This document shows, one piece after another, positions 1 through 15,100 of a stretch of 64,000 bases of DNA. The notes under the pieces were generated by a model. It was not told the DNA's origin and ran no database searches. It saw nothing but the letters and a program-made list of their open reading frames with translations. This DNA comes from Chrysomallon squamiferum (taxonomy: Eukaryota > Animalia > Mollusca), in contig CM022665.1 of assembly GCA_012295275.1 (NCBI GenBank), positions 13,950,001 through 14,014,000 of the forward strand, in the 5' to 3' direction. How positions within the stretch are numbered: position 1 is the first letter of the stretch; each line of letters starts with the position of its first letter. The translations under genes were made by a program, and so were the position numbers.

Positions 1-58
1 TGAAAACTGGGATTTCATTGCATTTTTATGCTGATAATAATTTGTATGTGTTTTGCAG

Positions 59-3000
59 GTGTTGGGACGAGAGGTGTACACAAGTCACAGTCAGTTAGGA
101 GGGGTACAGATAATGTTCAACAATGGGGTCACACACTCAGTTGTACCTGATGACTTTGAAGGAGTCTACAGAATTCTCAAATGGCTTGCTTACATGCCTG
201 ATGTATGTTATAACATCTATTAAAAATTCAAGTGAATAAACTTGAAGTCCTTGCTATATTTATAAATTAATGAACTTTACCTGAATATAAAAATTAAAGA
301 TATATAATGTATCTTTTACTATCATTGTTTATTTAGAATATACTGGGCATTAAGAAGTCTTTTCTCTCTGTATTCAGAATGGATTAATTTAGAAAAGAAA
401 TGCACTGTATTAAAATAATCTTCATACATCTCTGAACATTATCATTTAAGGTTACTTGCTTTAACTTTTTCTCCACTAACGAATAACATATGTTTTATAC
501 AGAAAAAGGGTGGCAGATTACCAATCACTGAACCCTATGACCCAGTAGAAAGAGATGTTGAATATGTTCCAACTAAAGCTCCATACGATGTACGCTGGAT
601 GTTAGCAGGTCGTTTTAGTCCAGGTAAACATCTTACAGTTTTACATTAATCAAAGTACTAGCCTAGACTTATGTATTTTAAAGCAAGCTAAATATTTTCT
701 TTTGAGTAAGTAACTGAAATGTTTTAATATATTAATAGTATTCTTATTTTCTAAACATTACTAGTCTCGGGCTTAATTGGAAAATTCTAAACACATTTTG
801 GACAGACTGACTAAGTAAATGCTTATTCCAGCTGAATGAATGTGTAGACAGAGATGTAAAGATAGGTTGCACAGAAATAGCTAGAAAAATCAAGGGCTCA
901 GAAGGGAAGTTTTTGGTGAACTATTGATGAACAACACCACTACAGCAATGACAATAGGCCAAATTATTGAGTTTAGACTTTCTTCTTTTAACAGCCAGTT
1001 AATTCATTTGAAGTATACAAAATAACCAACATACTGCATTAACAGATGCAAATAGCTAAAAATTTCCATTTGAAGATATCAGAGTAAATTATGTATTATT
1101 CTTTGACATGATGCTCATTTAATTACTTTGTTTTGTCAGAAACCAATTCCTGGCAGGCGGGATTCTTTGACAAAGATTCTTGGGAAGAAATATTTCAACC
1201 CTGGGCTCAATCAGTTGTAACAGGAAGAGCCAGGTAATTACTAGGAGAGCTGTATTTTGTACATTTTCAAGCCATGCATTCTTTTATACCAGTTTTGTTT
1301 CTTTCAGTGTGTACTTGTGTCAGAATATAACCTGCAAGGAAATGTTAAAAAAGTAAATAAATAAATAAAAAAGCATTATTGATAATAAATTAAAATTTCT
1401 TGTGGACAGGTCCATGTGTTTATATTTTTACTTTCAGTCTTTTATATTTCTATTAAATTTTCATTAAACTGTCAAGTTTATTAATCTAATTTTTTTTTTA
1501 TTCAACATTTACTCTGAAATGTTTTTTTGTTTTTGGTTTTTTTTAAAAGACTTGGTGGTATTCCAGTTGGTGTTGTAGCTGTCGAGACAAGAACTATGGA
1601 GTTAGTCATACCAGCTGATCCCGCCAATGTTGATTCAGAGTCTAAGGTTTGTAGTCTTAAATAATTTAGAGAGGTCATCGTTTCCTGAATAAAGGTGTTG
1701 TTTTATTTTATTTATTATTATTATTATTATTATTATAGTTTTGTTTTATTTCTTTATTTTTATTATTTTATCTTGTTTATGGTTTGTGTAAATGTTCAAT
1801 ATTTCCACAATTAATCAAATTTATTTAAACTTAAATATTAGGTTATGTAAACCAGAGTTAAAAATTATAAATTTTTTGTTCATGTTTGTACTGACTGTAA
1901 ATACACCTTGTGATGAAAAACTAAGATGGAGAACAGTTCCTGTCCGGAATATTTTGATAACATGATATACACTACAAGATTAATTTTTAAAATGAATATG
2001 TTGTGAAATGATCTTCAGTTTTTATTTGTTAATGAAAGCACAGAGAGCACAAATGTTCTTACTTACTTCATACTATAAAAAAAAGTTTTAAGTAGTAAAC
2101 ATTTTTTTTTTTTTTTTAATAATCAGTGACATTCCTCAATAATTGTTTTTTGTTGTTGTTAATAATGATTTTTAAATCAACATTTTATTTAATATTTTAC
2201 AGTTCATTAATATATGATATCTCTGTTAAGACTGTAATGAATGTTTTTTTTACAGGTGATTCAACAAGCAGGACAGGTATGGTTTCCAGATTCAGCCTAT
2301 AAGACAGCTCAAGCTATTATGGACTTCAACAGAGAAGAGCTTCCTCTTATTGTCTTTGCTAACTGGAGAGGTTTCTCTGGAGGAATGAAAGGTGTGTATT
2401 TAAGTGGAATGTGTATGTGGTTTTTCATCTGTAGAGTTTTGACCTTGAGAGAGTGTGTGTATGCAAGCACGTGTGTTTGCATGTGTATGTCAGTGTCTGT
2501 CTGTTGGGCTTTGACCTAGAGTATGTCTGCAAGTCCATCACTATGTTAATGTATATGGTGTATGTATGGTGTGTATTTATGTGTGCCTGTACCAGTGTGT
2601 GTATTTTATATCCCAATGTTTTTTGTAATAATGAATGCAGAACATTAATTAAGAAACAGTAAATTTTATTACATATAAACAAGATTTTAATTTCAGAATT
2701 ATCAAATTATTTCGACTTTATTAATGTATTTATACATTTACCTCAAATAAATGAAGTATTTTTGCAGAGGTACAACTACATATTTATATACAACTGTCTT
2801 TTCTTTTTCTTTTTTTCAGATATGTATGACCAGGTTCTGAAGTTTGGATCTTACATAGTGGACAGTCTGCGAGACTACAAACAACCAGTGATTGTTTATA
2901 TCCCACCACATGCAGAACTAAGGGGTGGAGCCTGGGTGGTGGTTGATCCTACCATCAACCCAGAACACATGGAAATGTTTGCTGATCAGCTATGCAGGTA

Positions 3001-3086
3001 AGTTTCAGTTTTATAAATTATTGTAAACAAGATTTTTTATTATTAAATTATTATTATTGTTTTTCTTAATTTTTTTTTATTTTATT

Positions 3087-3131
<45 letters not shown>

Positions 3132-5810
3132 TAATTTTATTTGTAAAATGTAAAAATTGAGTAAATCTTCATAGTTCATATGTCTAAAGTTCATTGTAAT
3201 AAAATCAAATAATGAGATTGTTTTGAATTTTAATTTAGTTTTGTTTTTAAATTAAATTACTGTAAGATTTCCTCTTACATGATGATCATTCCAAAACCCG
3301 TATATCTGACACCGATATTAAAATGTGTACAGGTATCAATAAACATGAATTAATTAATCTCCTAATAAAAAAATAATATCACTGCATCACAGAGGTGGAG
3401 TACTGGAGCCTGAAGGTACAGTAGAAATCAAGTTCAAGAAGAAAGATCAAGAAAGAGTTGCTCGTCGACTTGACCCAGTTGTAAGAAATATTGTAGACAA
3501 ACTGAGTAGCCAGGATGTATCAGAGGAAGAAAAGAAAAATCTGGAAGATGAGCTGGATGCCAGAATAGCTAAAATTTTACCCATTTACCATACAATAGCT
3601 GTCCAGTTTGCTGACCTGCATGATACACCAGGCAGAATGGAGGAAAAAGGAGTAATATCAGTACGTTTTTTGTAATACACTCTTGAAATGACTTCGTTAA
3701 ATAATATTTGCTCTAACTGTTGTACAACTGATACATTTGTGTGCACATGCATGTGTGTGTGACAGTTTAAATTTTTTATATATGTAAACAGTTTAATTGA
3801 TACTTAATGTAATTAATCTAATTTTCATTTGAAACACATCAGTATGAATGTGTTGTATGCATTATTGTACATAAACTGTTCTAAAAAACAAAATCAGTGT
3901 TATTTTCACTGTATTGTTCCATTTAAAATTAATGCTACTATTACTGTGGCTGCTTTAATATAGGCCATTTCTTAATATTAGATCTTATGCATCAGATTAA
4001 TTTGAATTAAGGCCTGCTTTTGTCAATATTCAAATGGAATTCTTCTCATAAACAATTTATTAAAACCCTTTATTAAGAGTAGCCACAATCTGACCTGTTT
4101 TTCTCCTGAATATAAATATCATTTAGGACCATAAATAAAAAAATGTTAAACATCCATTCATTACTTCTACTATTAATCCACCACTACTACTACTACTCCT
4201 TTTGTTATTATTTCTAGGGTGTGTTGCAGTGGAAGGGCAGTAGAAACACATTACACTGGCGTATTCGTCGCCGTCTTCTTGAAAACAAATTAAAGGACAG
4301 AATGAGACCTTTCACACAGTGTCTTAGCGATGGCCAACTTAACAACATGCTCAGTCGCTGGTTTATTGAAGACAAAGGAACAGTCAATGTAAGTCATTTG
4401 CTTTTGTTTTAGTTAATATTTCTATTCTTCTTTTTCTTGGAACACTAAACATAAATTGATTCCTGTTTTATTTTTAGTTCTTGTTTTATTTTTTTATTTT
4501 TTTCACTATTTAGTGTTTGAGTTTTTCTTACAGTATATTTTAATACTACTTGTTCTAGATACCATTTTTAATAAGATAATTAATTAAGCCATTTGACTTA
4601 AGTCTGGTTGTTAACATGATTACTTCCCTGTATTTCCTGCCAAGAGGAAACTGAATAAAAGTCAGACCAAGGAAAAATCTGTTCTTTCTAAATAAACCTT
4701 AACATTGCCCAGGGTGTTTTGACAGTTGTGCTTGCATCTTCATCCCGATGTAAGCATATTTTTTCTTTCTTTCTTTTTAACCTTTATCTCTTTAAATTCC
4801 CTTCTGAATTACAGATCACATCATACATTATCTGTTTTTAATATTTAACATAAATATCCTGGCTAGGAATGCATTGTAAAACCAAATGATTCAATTATGT
4901 TTCAGTCATATCTGTGGGATGATGACAAAGAAGTGGTCACCTGGTTACTTACACAGCTAGACGAGACAACTGACACAAAGTCTGTGTTTGAAAATATCAA
5001 ATGTTTACAGAGAGACCATGTTCTACAACAGGTTCGAGGGTAAGTTAAAATATACATCTTACTTAATCCTTTTTACATTACCATGCACAGTTGGCATAGG
5101 TGGGCAAAGAAACTGTCAGGTTTGTCAGTATAACAAAATTGGTTAGTGGATGGTTGATAGATTTGTGAAAAATACAGAAACCACAAACTCTTGGTTCAGA
5201 AATAAAGGTTCAGAAATAATATAAATACTTAAGTACCAATCGTTGGAAAAATAAATTTATTTTTTTAAATTTTATTTTGAAAGTTGTCTATTCTCAATCA
5301 CAGCCACTTCCATTTGTAACTTACTTGTATTTTAACACAAAATTTGGAAAAGCTGATAATTATAGCAAAAAAAAAAAAAAAAAAAAAAAAAATATTTTAA
5401 ATTTAAAAAAAATTAATCATACATTTGAAGAAATAATAAATATTTTTCTGACAACACTAGATAAAAATTAACAACACTAATTGATAGGTCATGTACACAG
5501 TGACATCACAACTGCAGAGGAATGTTAAATTAAACTTTGTTATTAACTAAGGTTGGTTGTCAAAAATAAAACCATTATATGGAAAACATAAGTGCATTGG
5601 TGAATAATCAAAGTTACATTTTAGTACATCAGGAATATATGTACAACAGTCTGATCTGTGTAAAACATCTGGTTTCTGTTTTATTTTAGTCTGATCCAAG
5701 ACAATCCAGAAGTAGCCATGGACTCCATTATTCACATCACACAACACATGACCCAAAGCCAGCGAGAACAAATTTCAAGAATCCTCGCTAACATGGACTC
5801 ATCACCTTAA
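59..5810 (+). CDS. ACC: Acetyl-CoA carboxylase, C-terminal carboxyltransferase region (5' partial; last 10 exons, ~487 aa)
   Basis: Exons 59-202, 503-623, 1140-1233, 1550-1646, 2256-2391, 2820-2997, 3393-3660, 4218-4388, 4906-5039, 5690-5810 (TAA). All introns GT-AG with consistent phase. Motifs [130 protein letters not shown] are typical of eukaryotic ACC CT domains. Confidence 0.98.
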
Positions 5811-7524
5811 CTGATGATCACAAAAGACTGAAGAACAAACATAAACAATAACAGTTGAAAACTGCTGGTAACATTCATTAGCTATTTGTGTTTACAAATT
5901 CCAAAATGATAGTGATGACAAGTTTATAACATTCCAGATGTTATGAACAGATGCAGATTTATGTTTGTGTTAATATATGTTGTTGATAGAATATGGAATT
6001 CTAAATAAAAGTGTAGCTATTAATGAACAGACAGAATTATGTAATATGTATGACCCTACCCATCAAAATCTGTTGTACAAATATTTTTTAATTATTTTTA
6101 TTTGTTTTGTTTTCTTATGTATAATATATATAGATAGACAGATAAAAAAAAAATGTAGATAATTTTTCTTCAACTTCTTTTTGTAATGGATTGGTAGTGA
6201 AAATTAATTTCGTTTTTAATGATTTATACATATAAGTGTAGATCAAATATGTTCCATAGTTATTGACAAAGCAGGACAGATATCTTACATCTGTAATATC
6301 TTAAATCTATATATTTCCATTCTGAGAAATTGGTTTGTGGAAGAAAATACATGCTTAAATTTTTCTTGTACCTATTGCTGTGAAATTTTACAGAACTGCA
6401 GATGATAGGAATAATCATTGAATTATCAAATGTTTTATTAATTTGAAAACATTTTGGATAAATTGTGATTCTCTGTATTTTGACAGAGTTATGTGCAACT
6501 TATTTTGGTTGGTATGGTTAGGTTTATAAATTTTACAAGAAATTCAAACAGATATTTGTTTTAAAATATGTGTATGTTGTCATATATTAGTGGTTATTTT
6601 GAAGTGGATTTTATTTAATTAACTTGTAGAAATGACATGAAGTGATTTATTTTATTTAATGAACACATTAGTCTTGAAAGCTTACATACAACTTTATTAA
6701 TCCATTATTTATCACTGAATTGTTTTTTGTGGAAAAAGTAATATTTATATTCATTTACTGTGAATTCAGATATAATTTTTTATTGATGCGTATCTATATA
6801 GAGTTTAAATTTTAAAATTTAATTGTGCCTGGAACTGTATGTGTTGTGAACTTCTAATAAGTTTGTAAGAAAAGTATTTATATATTGTAGAAGGAAGATA
6901 ATATTAACACTTGCACTTTGATGTATTTATGACATTTTGAGAAACATCTGTATATGCACTCATGATTTAACCAGGATTTATTTAAAACTATACATAATTC
7001 ATTCATGTTGTAAGTGCTGTAATTATTCAAGTACATGCACAGAATGTTAAATATATCAGTGTAAGACTTTCAGTGTTTGTATAAACAATGATGGTGATGA
7101 CAGCATAATATAGTGCAGCTCCAGTTGTGAAGTTTTGTTTTGTTTGTTTAATTGAATTTTTCAATAACTAAGTTTGTGTGGATGTCATTATTAGTGTTTT
7201 TATTACATACTGTAAAAAAATAATAATAATACAAAATAAAATTCATATAGAATATTTACTTACAAAATTAATTATGAAATAAAAGGTTCTGTTTCTTGAA
7301 ATGTTGAATTCTGAAGACTTAACCAAATCCCCATATGCTAACAATACCCCAGGATTTAATAGAAACCTCTGCTTTATTTTGTTAATGTTTGATACTTTGT
7401 TTTTTCCTTTTTTCTTACTTTTGCATGTTTATATATATTTTATGTCATGTTTCTTTGATTTTTGGAAGCAAATGTATTTTGAAAAAGAAAGTGATTGAAT
7501 TTTATTTTATTTGTAAAATGGGTT

Positions 7525-7530
7525 AATAAA
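7525..7530 (+). terminator. Candidate polyadenylation signal of ACC (~1.7 kb 3' UTR)
   Basis: AATAAA followed ~20 nt later by a GT/T-rich tract (tgtttgttttgtt). Composition switches from T-rich to A-rich shortly after. AATAAA is common in this AT-rich DNA. Confidence 0.4.
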
Positions 7531-9123
7531 GACCTTACCCAATTAAATGTTTGTTTTGTTTATTTAATGTTGAAGTTTGAACAGTTGTATGTATGTATGA
7601 ATGGTGTGTGTACAAAGTATAAAATAACAAATGAATATATAATTGTTCATAAAGCTTGAAAACTGACACTTAAGGATTACAATTTCATTTTTATTTTATT
7701 TTAAAATAGATAATAAAAAATAAAACTTGATTTTAACAGATTTATTCTACATAAAACAACATTAACAAATAACCAACAGCACAGAGATAAGTACAAATGA
7801 AGCTTTGTGAAAAACAAAAAAATAGTATTAATAAACAAACACCTGTATCTTGAAACAAATCTTAAGAATAAACATCAACAGTTTACAAATTAAGCTGGTT
7901 GACTGTAATCAGTAATTTGTTCTTACATTTCTCCCTTCCCAACTTGTATTAACAACTGATGATAGCTGTTCACTATTCACCATTCAGATGTTGTTAGTGT
8001 TTATTAAGTCTGTGATCAGTTGAAGGGAAGCACAGACTTTACTTCAAAATAATATAAATAAATGGTCCTCATGTTACAAGTAAACAGTGACAGTAAGAAA
8101 TAGCCACCATCACAAATTAATATTTGGTGTATAATCATTAATCTGGTGAACTTGTAAATGAATATTTATATATATTTATAGTTAGTAATATTACATTATA
8201 AGTACTAACATACAGTGTCATACATATAAAACAACAAAATAGATAATTTCAAATAAATATTTATAACATCAAAAGTGACTAGTTTGTTAAATAAACATTA
8301 CAATATAGACAATTACTATACAAAAAGGTACTCTTGAACAGGTCTTTATCTTATATAAAAACATACACTAAGGAACAAAACCAAAACGTACCTATAATGT
8401 ACCACAGCATGAGAGTACAGAAAATGAATAGAGGCAGCATGCTTTAACTCTATAGAACTGCAGGATTAATCTTTCCTTAACAGCCAATATCAAAGGATAT
8501 GGTGTGTGCATCTCTGACTATAAAAACATGCATATGAAATATCCATTACTTCTAAATTCATAGACAGAATGGCAGTATTAAATTTCTTTTGACATTAACC
8601 TGATTGGCCATTACTTGTAACATAAAAATGTATCTTTAAACATTTATACATTCTAATCTGATACAACTGATACGCTTTTCACTGTATTTATTTACACTTT
8701 TACTAAACCTGCTTTAACCTTTGACTGATGTTGAATCAAATTAATGACAAATAATATGCTTTTAATATTTATATTTGTATCATCATCATACATGTTACAG
8801 ATCCTAAGTTCTCTCAATGGTTTATTCACCAACCAACCAACCAATAAACTGCAACTTGGGTATCAAAGATATGTGTTTTTCTGGCAAAGTGCTTATTTAT
8901 AAGTTTCATAGTAGGAAGAGGTTTTTCATTTTCATAAAAATACTTACCATCACCTTCTGTAATAATCATTAATATTAAAATATGTTGAGCTCCTATTACA
9001 TTTTCTGTTTTCTCTAACCTGGTACACTTTATATCTTGTTACTCTTTAATGTTCTTACTATACATAGTATAGCCTTTGATTTATGTCAGTGTTAACCAAA
9101 TACACTGTTAGTATAAAAAACAA

Positions 9124-12100
9124 CTACAAAGTGTTATGCTCTTTGAAATCCTGGATCTTTTCATGTGTGACAGGACCAGATAACAGCTCTTCAATTTCCT
9201 TCAGTTCCTGTTTCTTGGCCTATAAAACAAAGACAGAAAATATTAATAAGTATGAATGATATTCACCATTACTGTCTTAAATATAATAATAATAAATGAT
9301 AGATTTCACAACTATCATTTACTATGCTTTAATTTTTATATTTCTATAACAAAAGTGACACAAGTACATACGCAAAAAAAAAAAGAAAAAAGAAAAAAGG
9401 GAAATGATAGCCTTTATGAATGCCGTAAAATGTACACTACCAGTATGTTTCAACTTTAATATCAGCTTCTAGTAACACATTTTACATATCACATCTCTTT
9501 TCCTTTTTTTTTTTTTCCTTTGTGTGTGTAACTAGAACAGCAATTATAGATTTATTTATTTTAAACAAAACAAAAAAAATCTATAAATATATGTATTTAT
9601 AATAACATAAAATTCAGATATATTCATATAAATAAAATATTATTTGTTATTCCATAGTGTAATCTTTTTTTTCATAAATGATTATTGAAAATACATCTCT
9701 TAACAAAGTTTTTATAAATAGGGAATCACCAAAGTGGTTGATAATTTGGAAGGGGATTAGTGAAGCATTTAGGGGTCAAAAATTAAGAACAGTGAATTAT
9801 GCACGTGATATTATAAACTGATATGTATTGAAATACGAATGATACAACATCATCTCTTGTAATTGTAGTGAAAAATTGTATTTCCACATTATTCTAGAAA
9901 GATCAATTCCTAAAAATTTAAAAATAATAACTTTAGTTTATTTTGGATTCAAGTTAGTATAACCTTTATAAAAATAACAACATAAAATTTTATAATACTA
10001 GAATTTCTGAACTGAATAAATTCAGTGTCTCAGGTTTCAGCAATATTATCATATGTAATTAATAGATATCAAATAAAGAATATTACTAATATTAAATATA
10101 ATTAGTGGCGAGAGAAAAGAAAATGAATACATATTATGTAAATAGGTGTCATATTGCAAACCTTTTAAATCAAATGTCATACAATTAGCCATTAAGTAAC
10201 AATGGATTTTTTTACATATCCTTTTTTCTGACAGGAAAGCACATACAGTGGCTTTTGAAACACTGTTATAGAAAATGAGATGTGATAGTAAATAGCCAAA
10301 GATGAAGTAAAAAATCACATCTACCATTAGGAAAAAAACCCTCTTTTTCAATTCTATGATACAGCTGGAACATCAGAAAAACTGTGTATGCTTTCCTGGC
10401 TTTGGAAAGATAGGTACAAGTTATGTGAGATCTCCCACTGGGTAAGCAAGACAAGCCCTTTTACGTGTGTCTGTTCATGTTCATGGTTAGTGTAAATGTG
10501 GTTGTCTTTAAACGTATAGTTGTTCATGCATTTCGATCAGAGGCATGCTTTTTTAAACTAATGTTAGCCAATAATGCAGCTGGCCATTTCTTATAAATAT
10601 TTTAGTTAAACAAATAAAATAATAATAATAATAATAATAATATTAAAAACAATAATAATAATAACAACAAAAAAGAAATAAAATCATAAATTTATAATTT
10701 ATTAAAACCTAAAAATAAAATATATAGAATCATATAATAAACAATGTTTAAAATATTGTCAGTAATTTTTCTGGACACTGCACAAAATTAAATCATGAAA
10801 TAGTTAATTCTGAAACAATCTACTGTAATTTCCCTGTATATGATATAATATTTACATGTATATTAAGTCAACTACACTATAATATTACAAATTAATAAGT
10901 TATACAGTATTCAGAAATAGAAAGTCTAAACATTGCTGCATAGCACATACATTAGTAGTTCAAGTGGTATTCATAGCAATCCTAATTTTCCCAACAAAGA
11001 CAATAAAAGAATTCACAATATATTTATGCACTAATTCATAAAAAAAATGAAGCAGGAATGAATATATAAAACAGAATAAACCAAACGTGTTAAACACAGA
11101 CTGAAAAAATGAAAGTGGGTACACTAATGCAAATGAAACAGAAAATGTAAAAATAAAAAATAAACAAAATAAAAATGATTTATTCACACCTTTAGAGTTC
11201 TCTTGAGAGCCACCAAATGTTTTAACTTTTCTAATTTATTCACTGAAGTAGCCATGTCCAAAACATCGCATGTGTTAATATTACTTCGACGTAACACGTC
11301 GCGATCTATACCTGTGATGGTCATATGCTTCTCATGCATCAAGCGATAAAAGTCAGTAAGGTCATCAATAGGCTCATCAAACCCTGGAAATAATTTAATA
11401 TTTTGTCCAGTGTGAAAGCCATTAAATGAACTTCCCCAATCTAATCTCATTAATTTTGTTAACGCATATAAATTTAGTAATTTGTCTGGGTGGCAAACAG
11501 ACTCAGTTTTTCAAATGTTATCCAACTTTAATCTTACAAAACTAAAACTTAGATTATTTGAAATTAATTTAGTATTTTACACTCTAGTAAATTATTTTTG
11601 ACACTCTATTCCAAAATCCTATTTCTTAAAATGAAAATAACTGAATGATTTTTGGTACCATAAATTAATTGTTAATATAAAGCGAATTTTTGTTTGTTTT
11701 CTGGTTCATTGGTGTTACTGGTAAAAAGGTGGTTCAACAAATAATTTCAATGACAACATTTTTATTTTATTTTTTAATTATATTTTTTTAAATTTTTTTG
11801 ATATTCATCAACAAAACAAGACACAAAGTAAAACATGGAAAAACAAACTAAAAATACTTAAAAGAAATAAAATTAAAACCCAAAACCTTCAATCCAAAAC
11901 CAAAGTGAACAAAAACAAAACATAAACAGTATAACAGTTCTAATTAAAACAATTTTCTAATTAATTTTTTTTGCTAAAGGCTAATTCTGTGCAGACATTT
12001 GTTTATTATTAAACAAAACAGTAACAAATCAGCATAAATCTTGATCCCAAAGTATTTTTTAATTAAATATTTTTTTCTTACCTTTTTTTCTTATTTCAAC

Positions 12101-15100
12101 CACATCACTGGCCCCTTGACTGTCCTCTGAAGCAGGTGGTGTTGTACTTGTGGGTGTATGGCCAGGGACAGTTTCATTTGCACCCACAACAGAGCTAACA
12201 GAGCTACTATCTGAAGATGCATTGAACGGGGTCTGACAACTGCTCAGTGGCTTGTGAGTGGCATCGTCAGGATCTTCGTCACTCTCACTGTAATACTTAT
12301 CTGTAACATACATCATCAACAACCTTGACTGAAAGTTTAAGTTTACTCTCAAGACAAACAAGAACACCAAGTGGATGTCATAAAATATTTTTTTCTACAA
12401 CCTGTGCCATAAAAAACATGTTAACACATGTTGACTGTAAACAACAAATGATTTTTCTTTTTTCTCTCTTTCTTTTTTTCAGAGCCTTTCTCATTTTCTG
12501 TCTTTACTTCATATTTCCCATTTGCAATTTCTTAGACACATCAACAAACATCGGCACCAATTTATCTTCTTCTTATTTTATTTGTTTTATTATTATTATT
12601 ATTATTATTTTAAATATCAACTGTATTAATTTATTACAGTTAAACTGAAGACTAATGTAATAAAAAGTTTAATCAATAACACAGAAAAATAACTGCAAAA
12701 TTACAAATTCTTACAAATACCTTTCTGTAGGGGAAAATATTCATTAAACATTAGAATGATTTTAAAATATATATAACAGCATCAGATATTAATGAAACAA
12801 ATCTAAAAACAATAATTTCAACAAGGGTAAAAAAAATGCAGACTAAAGCTTTACTAGCAGGAAACATTTACAGATTTTTGAAATATGATTGTAAAACACA
12901 CTGTAAAAAACCCCATTAAAACCTGCTAATTCAGTTTTGGGTAAACTGAACTCACTCTGTACTCCCAGACTCGGTGAGCTAGGTTCAGGTTTTATGAAAC
13001 CTCCAGTGGTGATAATATTCTTTGTATCAAAACTAATGGCTGCAAGTCCCATTTTGTTCATCCATCTGAAGTAAAAATACATTTACCATCAGTTATATTA
13101 TCTGTGAAATAAAATCTTCTTTGGATCCTACCTGAACACTTTCAGATGTACATGCACAAATAAGTAACAAAGATATGTTGTTACATATATTAAATACAGA
13201 TAATGTTAAATATCAATTGCAGAACGCTTTTTCTCTAAATCTGTCTGTTTATCCATAGCTGTCTACACATGTGCACACATGCATGCACACAACACAGGTG
13301 TACATGATGTAGGTACATATGAAAATTTAAACGTATAACATTTTTTTTAGATAACAATATTGTCCAACTATTCAGTTTCTTAAATGAATGCATGTGTGTA
13401 TAATAAGTAGCCTAAGAAAGCAATCATGTTAATCAAATGTTCTATTATCAGTTATTATCAAATTCTCACTTGCTCATGTCTTCTTGTCGTTCTGAAGCAA
13501 AACAAAACGTTGTTCCTGTATTATGAACCTTGAAAGCACTGAAATGAAATAAACCAAATGTTAATTCAAATAAAACAACAAATAGACATAATTTTTTTAA
13601 TTTAAACTGTTAGATATAAAACATAAAAAAATAATAATCATAAAATAAAAAAGATATTAACATTCAAATCCGTATTTAAATAACGATAATTATTTTAAAC
13701 ATTTTTTATGAGTACTTGGTTATTAATATATAAACATCTTTTAAGAAACTGCTTAATTTTCAAATAAGTCATTTGCCCAACACAATTTAGATCTGCTGTT
13801 ACAAGAAAAACAACAGAAAATGAAAATAAAATTATAAACAGTCATAAATCACAAAGAAAACAAATATTCAATGTTTAGTTCATTTAGGGAAAAACATACA
13901 AAAGTTTAGATATTTCTGTAAGGAGAGATGTGTAACTAGAAAATAATGATTACCAAAATATTTATGGACAGCTAATAATACCTATCACATGAAACAAGAC
14001 AACATATTTATGTGTTACAGAAAACAACCCAACTCAAAAATAAACATGTCACCAAAACAACGACCCTTGTTATTAGATTTGTTTTAAAAATAATAATAAT
14101 TTTAAGAAAAAATAAAATAAAATAATATGAAATAAAATAAAATAATTAATAAACAAATAAAGTAAGAATCAATTCTGGTGCAGTCATGCATTTACATGTA
14201 TACAATAAACCAGTTATAGTTTTAAGCATTTGGACAGTTAATTTATTAACTTAACAAGATGTGTGAACTCTTAAAGACAATATTCACAGGTGAAATGTCA
14301 AGACAGAACAATAAGAGCAAAGAACAATGAACAAATATCAGTTTCAAAATAAATTAGTCTTATCACACTCAGTATTGTTAGATGTACTTATTTTCAACAA
14401 GTCAAACTGTGTGAAGGATGTGGATAATAAAATACAAAATTTAAATCTGTGAGGAAATGTGGACTGAATGAAAAAAGAGCATGAATGTTTAATGATATAT
14501 CAGCTACACAATATAAGGACCATTGTAACAAATAAGCTTTAATAATTTAAAAAAAATTTCTTTTATTAATTTAAAAGTTAGCAATTGGAAATGGAAGAAA
14601 TGGGGAATAAATAACAAGTAATTAACAACATAACAACCACAAATAAAACATCATCAATGAATATGTTAAAATCAATAATAAGAATTAAATCTAAAAACAA
14701 AAAATAATTGGTCTGATCAAATTTAATAATGACTGTTTAATGACACCTAGCACAAAGATAACACACCCTCCTGGGTCATAAAATAGATAATTTGAGTAAA
14801 CACAGGTTGAAGAAACTATTACATACTGGGTATAAGTGAAAATAATCTCTGATAATTAAATCTTTGAACTCTGACCTACCAGCCATTTAAATCCTCTTCT
14901 AGTAAGTTTGGAAGTAAAGATTACAATTTTTTTTTTCCTTCAGGAGAACTATATTTTGGAACATTCATGGGCCTCTGTTCCCAATGGTGTGTCCATTTCA
15001 GACACATGTCTCTACATTTGCTGGGGACAACCTAAATCAATTTATTTGAACTTGATCTATTATGTGGCCCAAGCCTGCTCTATGAACCAGGAAAAGAACT

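Noticed and set aside
3279-3350. C/D snoRNA-like ATGATGA...CTGA in an ACC intron (also GTGATGA at ~1910)
   Set aside because: No properly spaced terminal D box, terminal stem or recognisable rRNA guide.
5808-5820. Stop-codon readthrough at ACC or the other three genes
   Set aside because: No TGA-CTAG-type context and no evident conserved extension.
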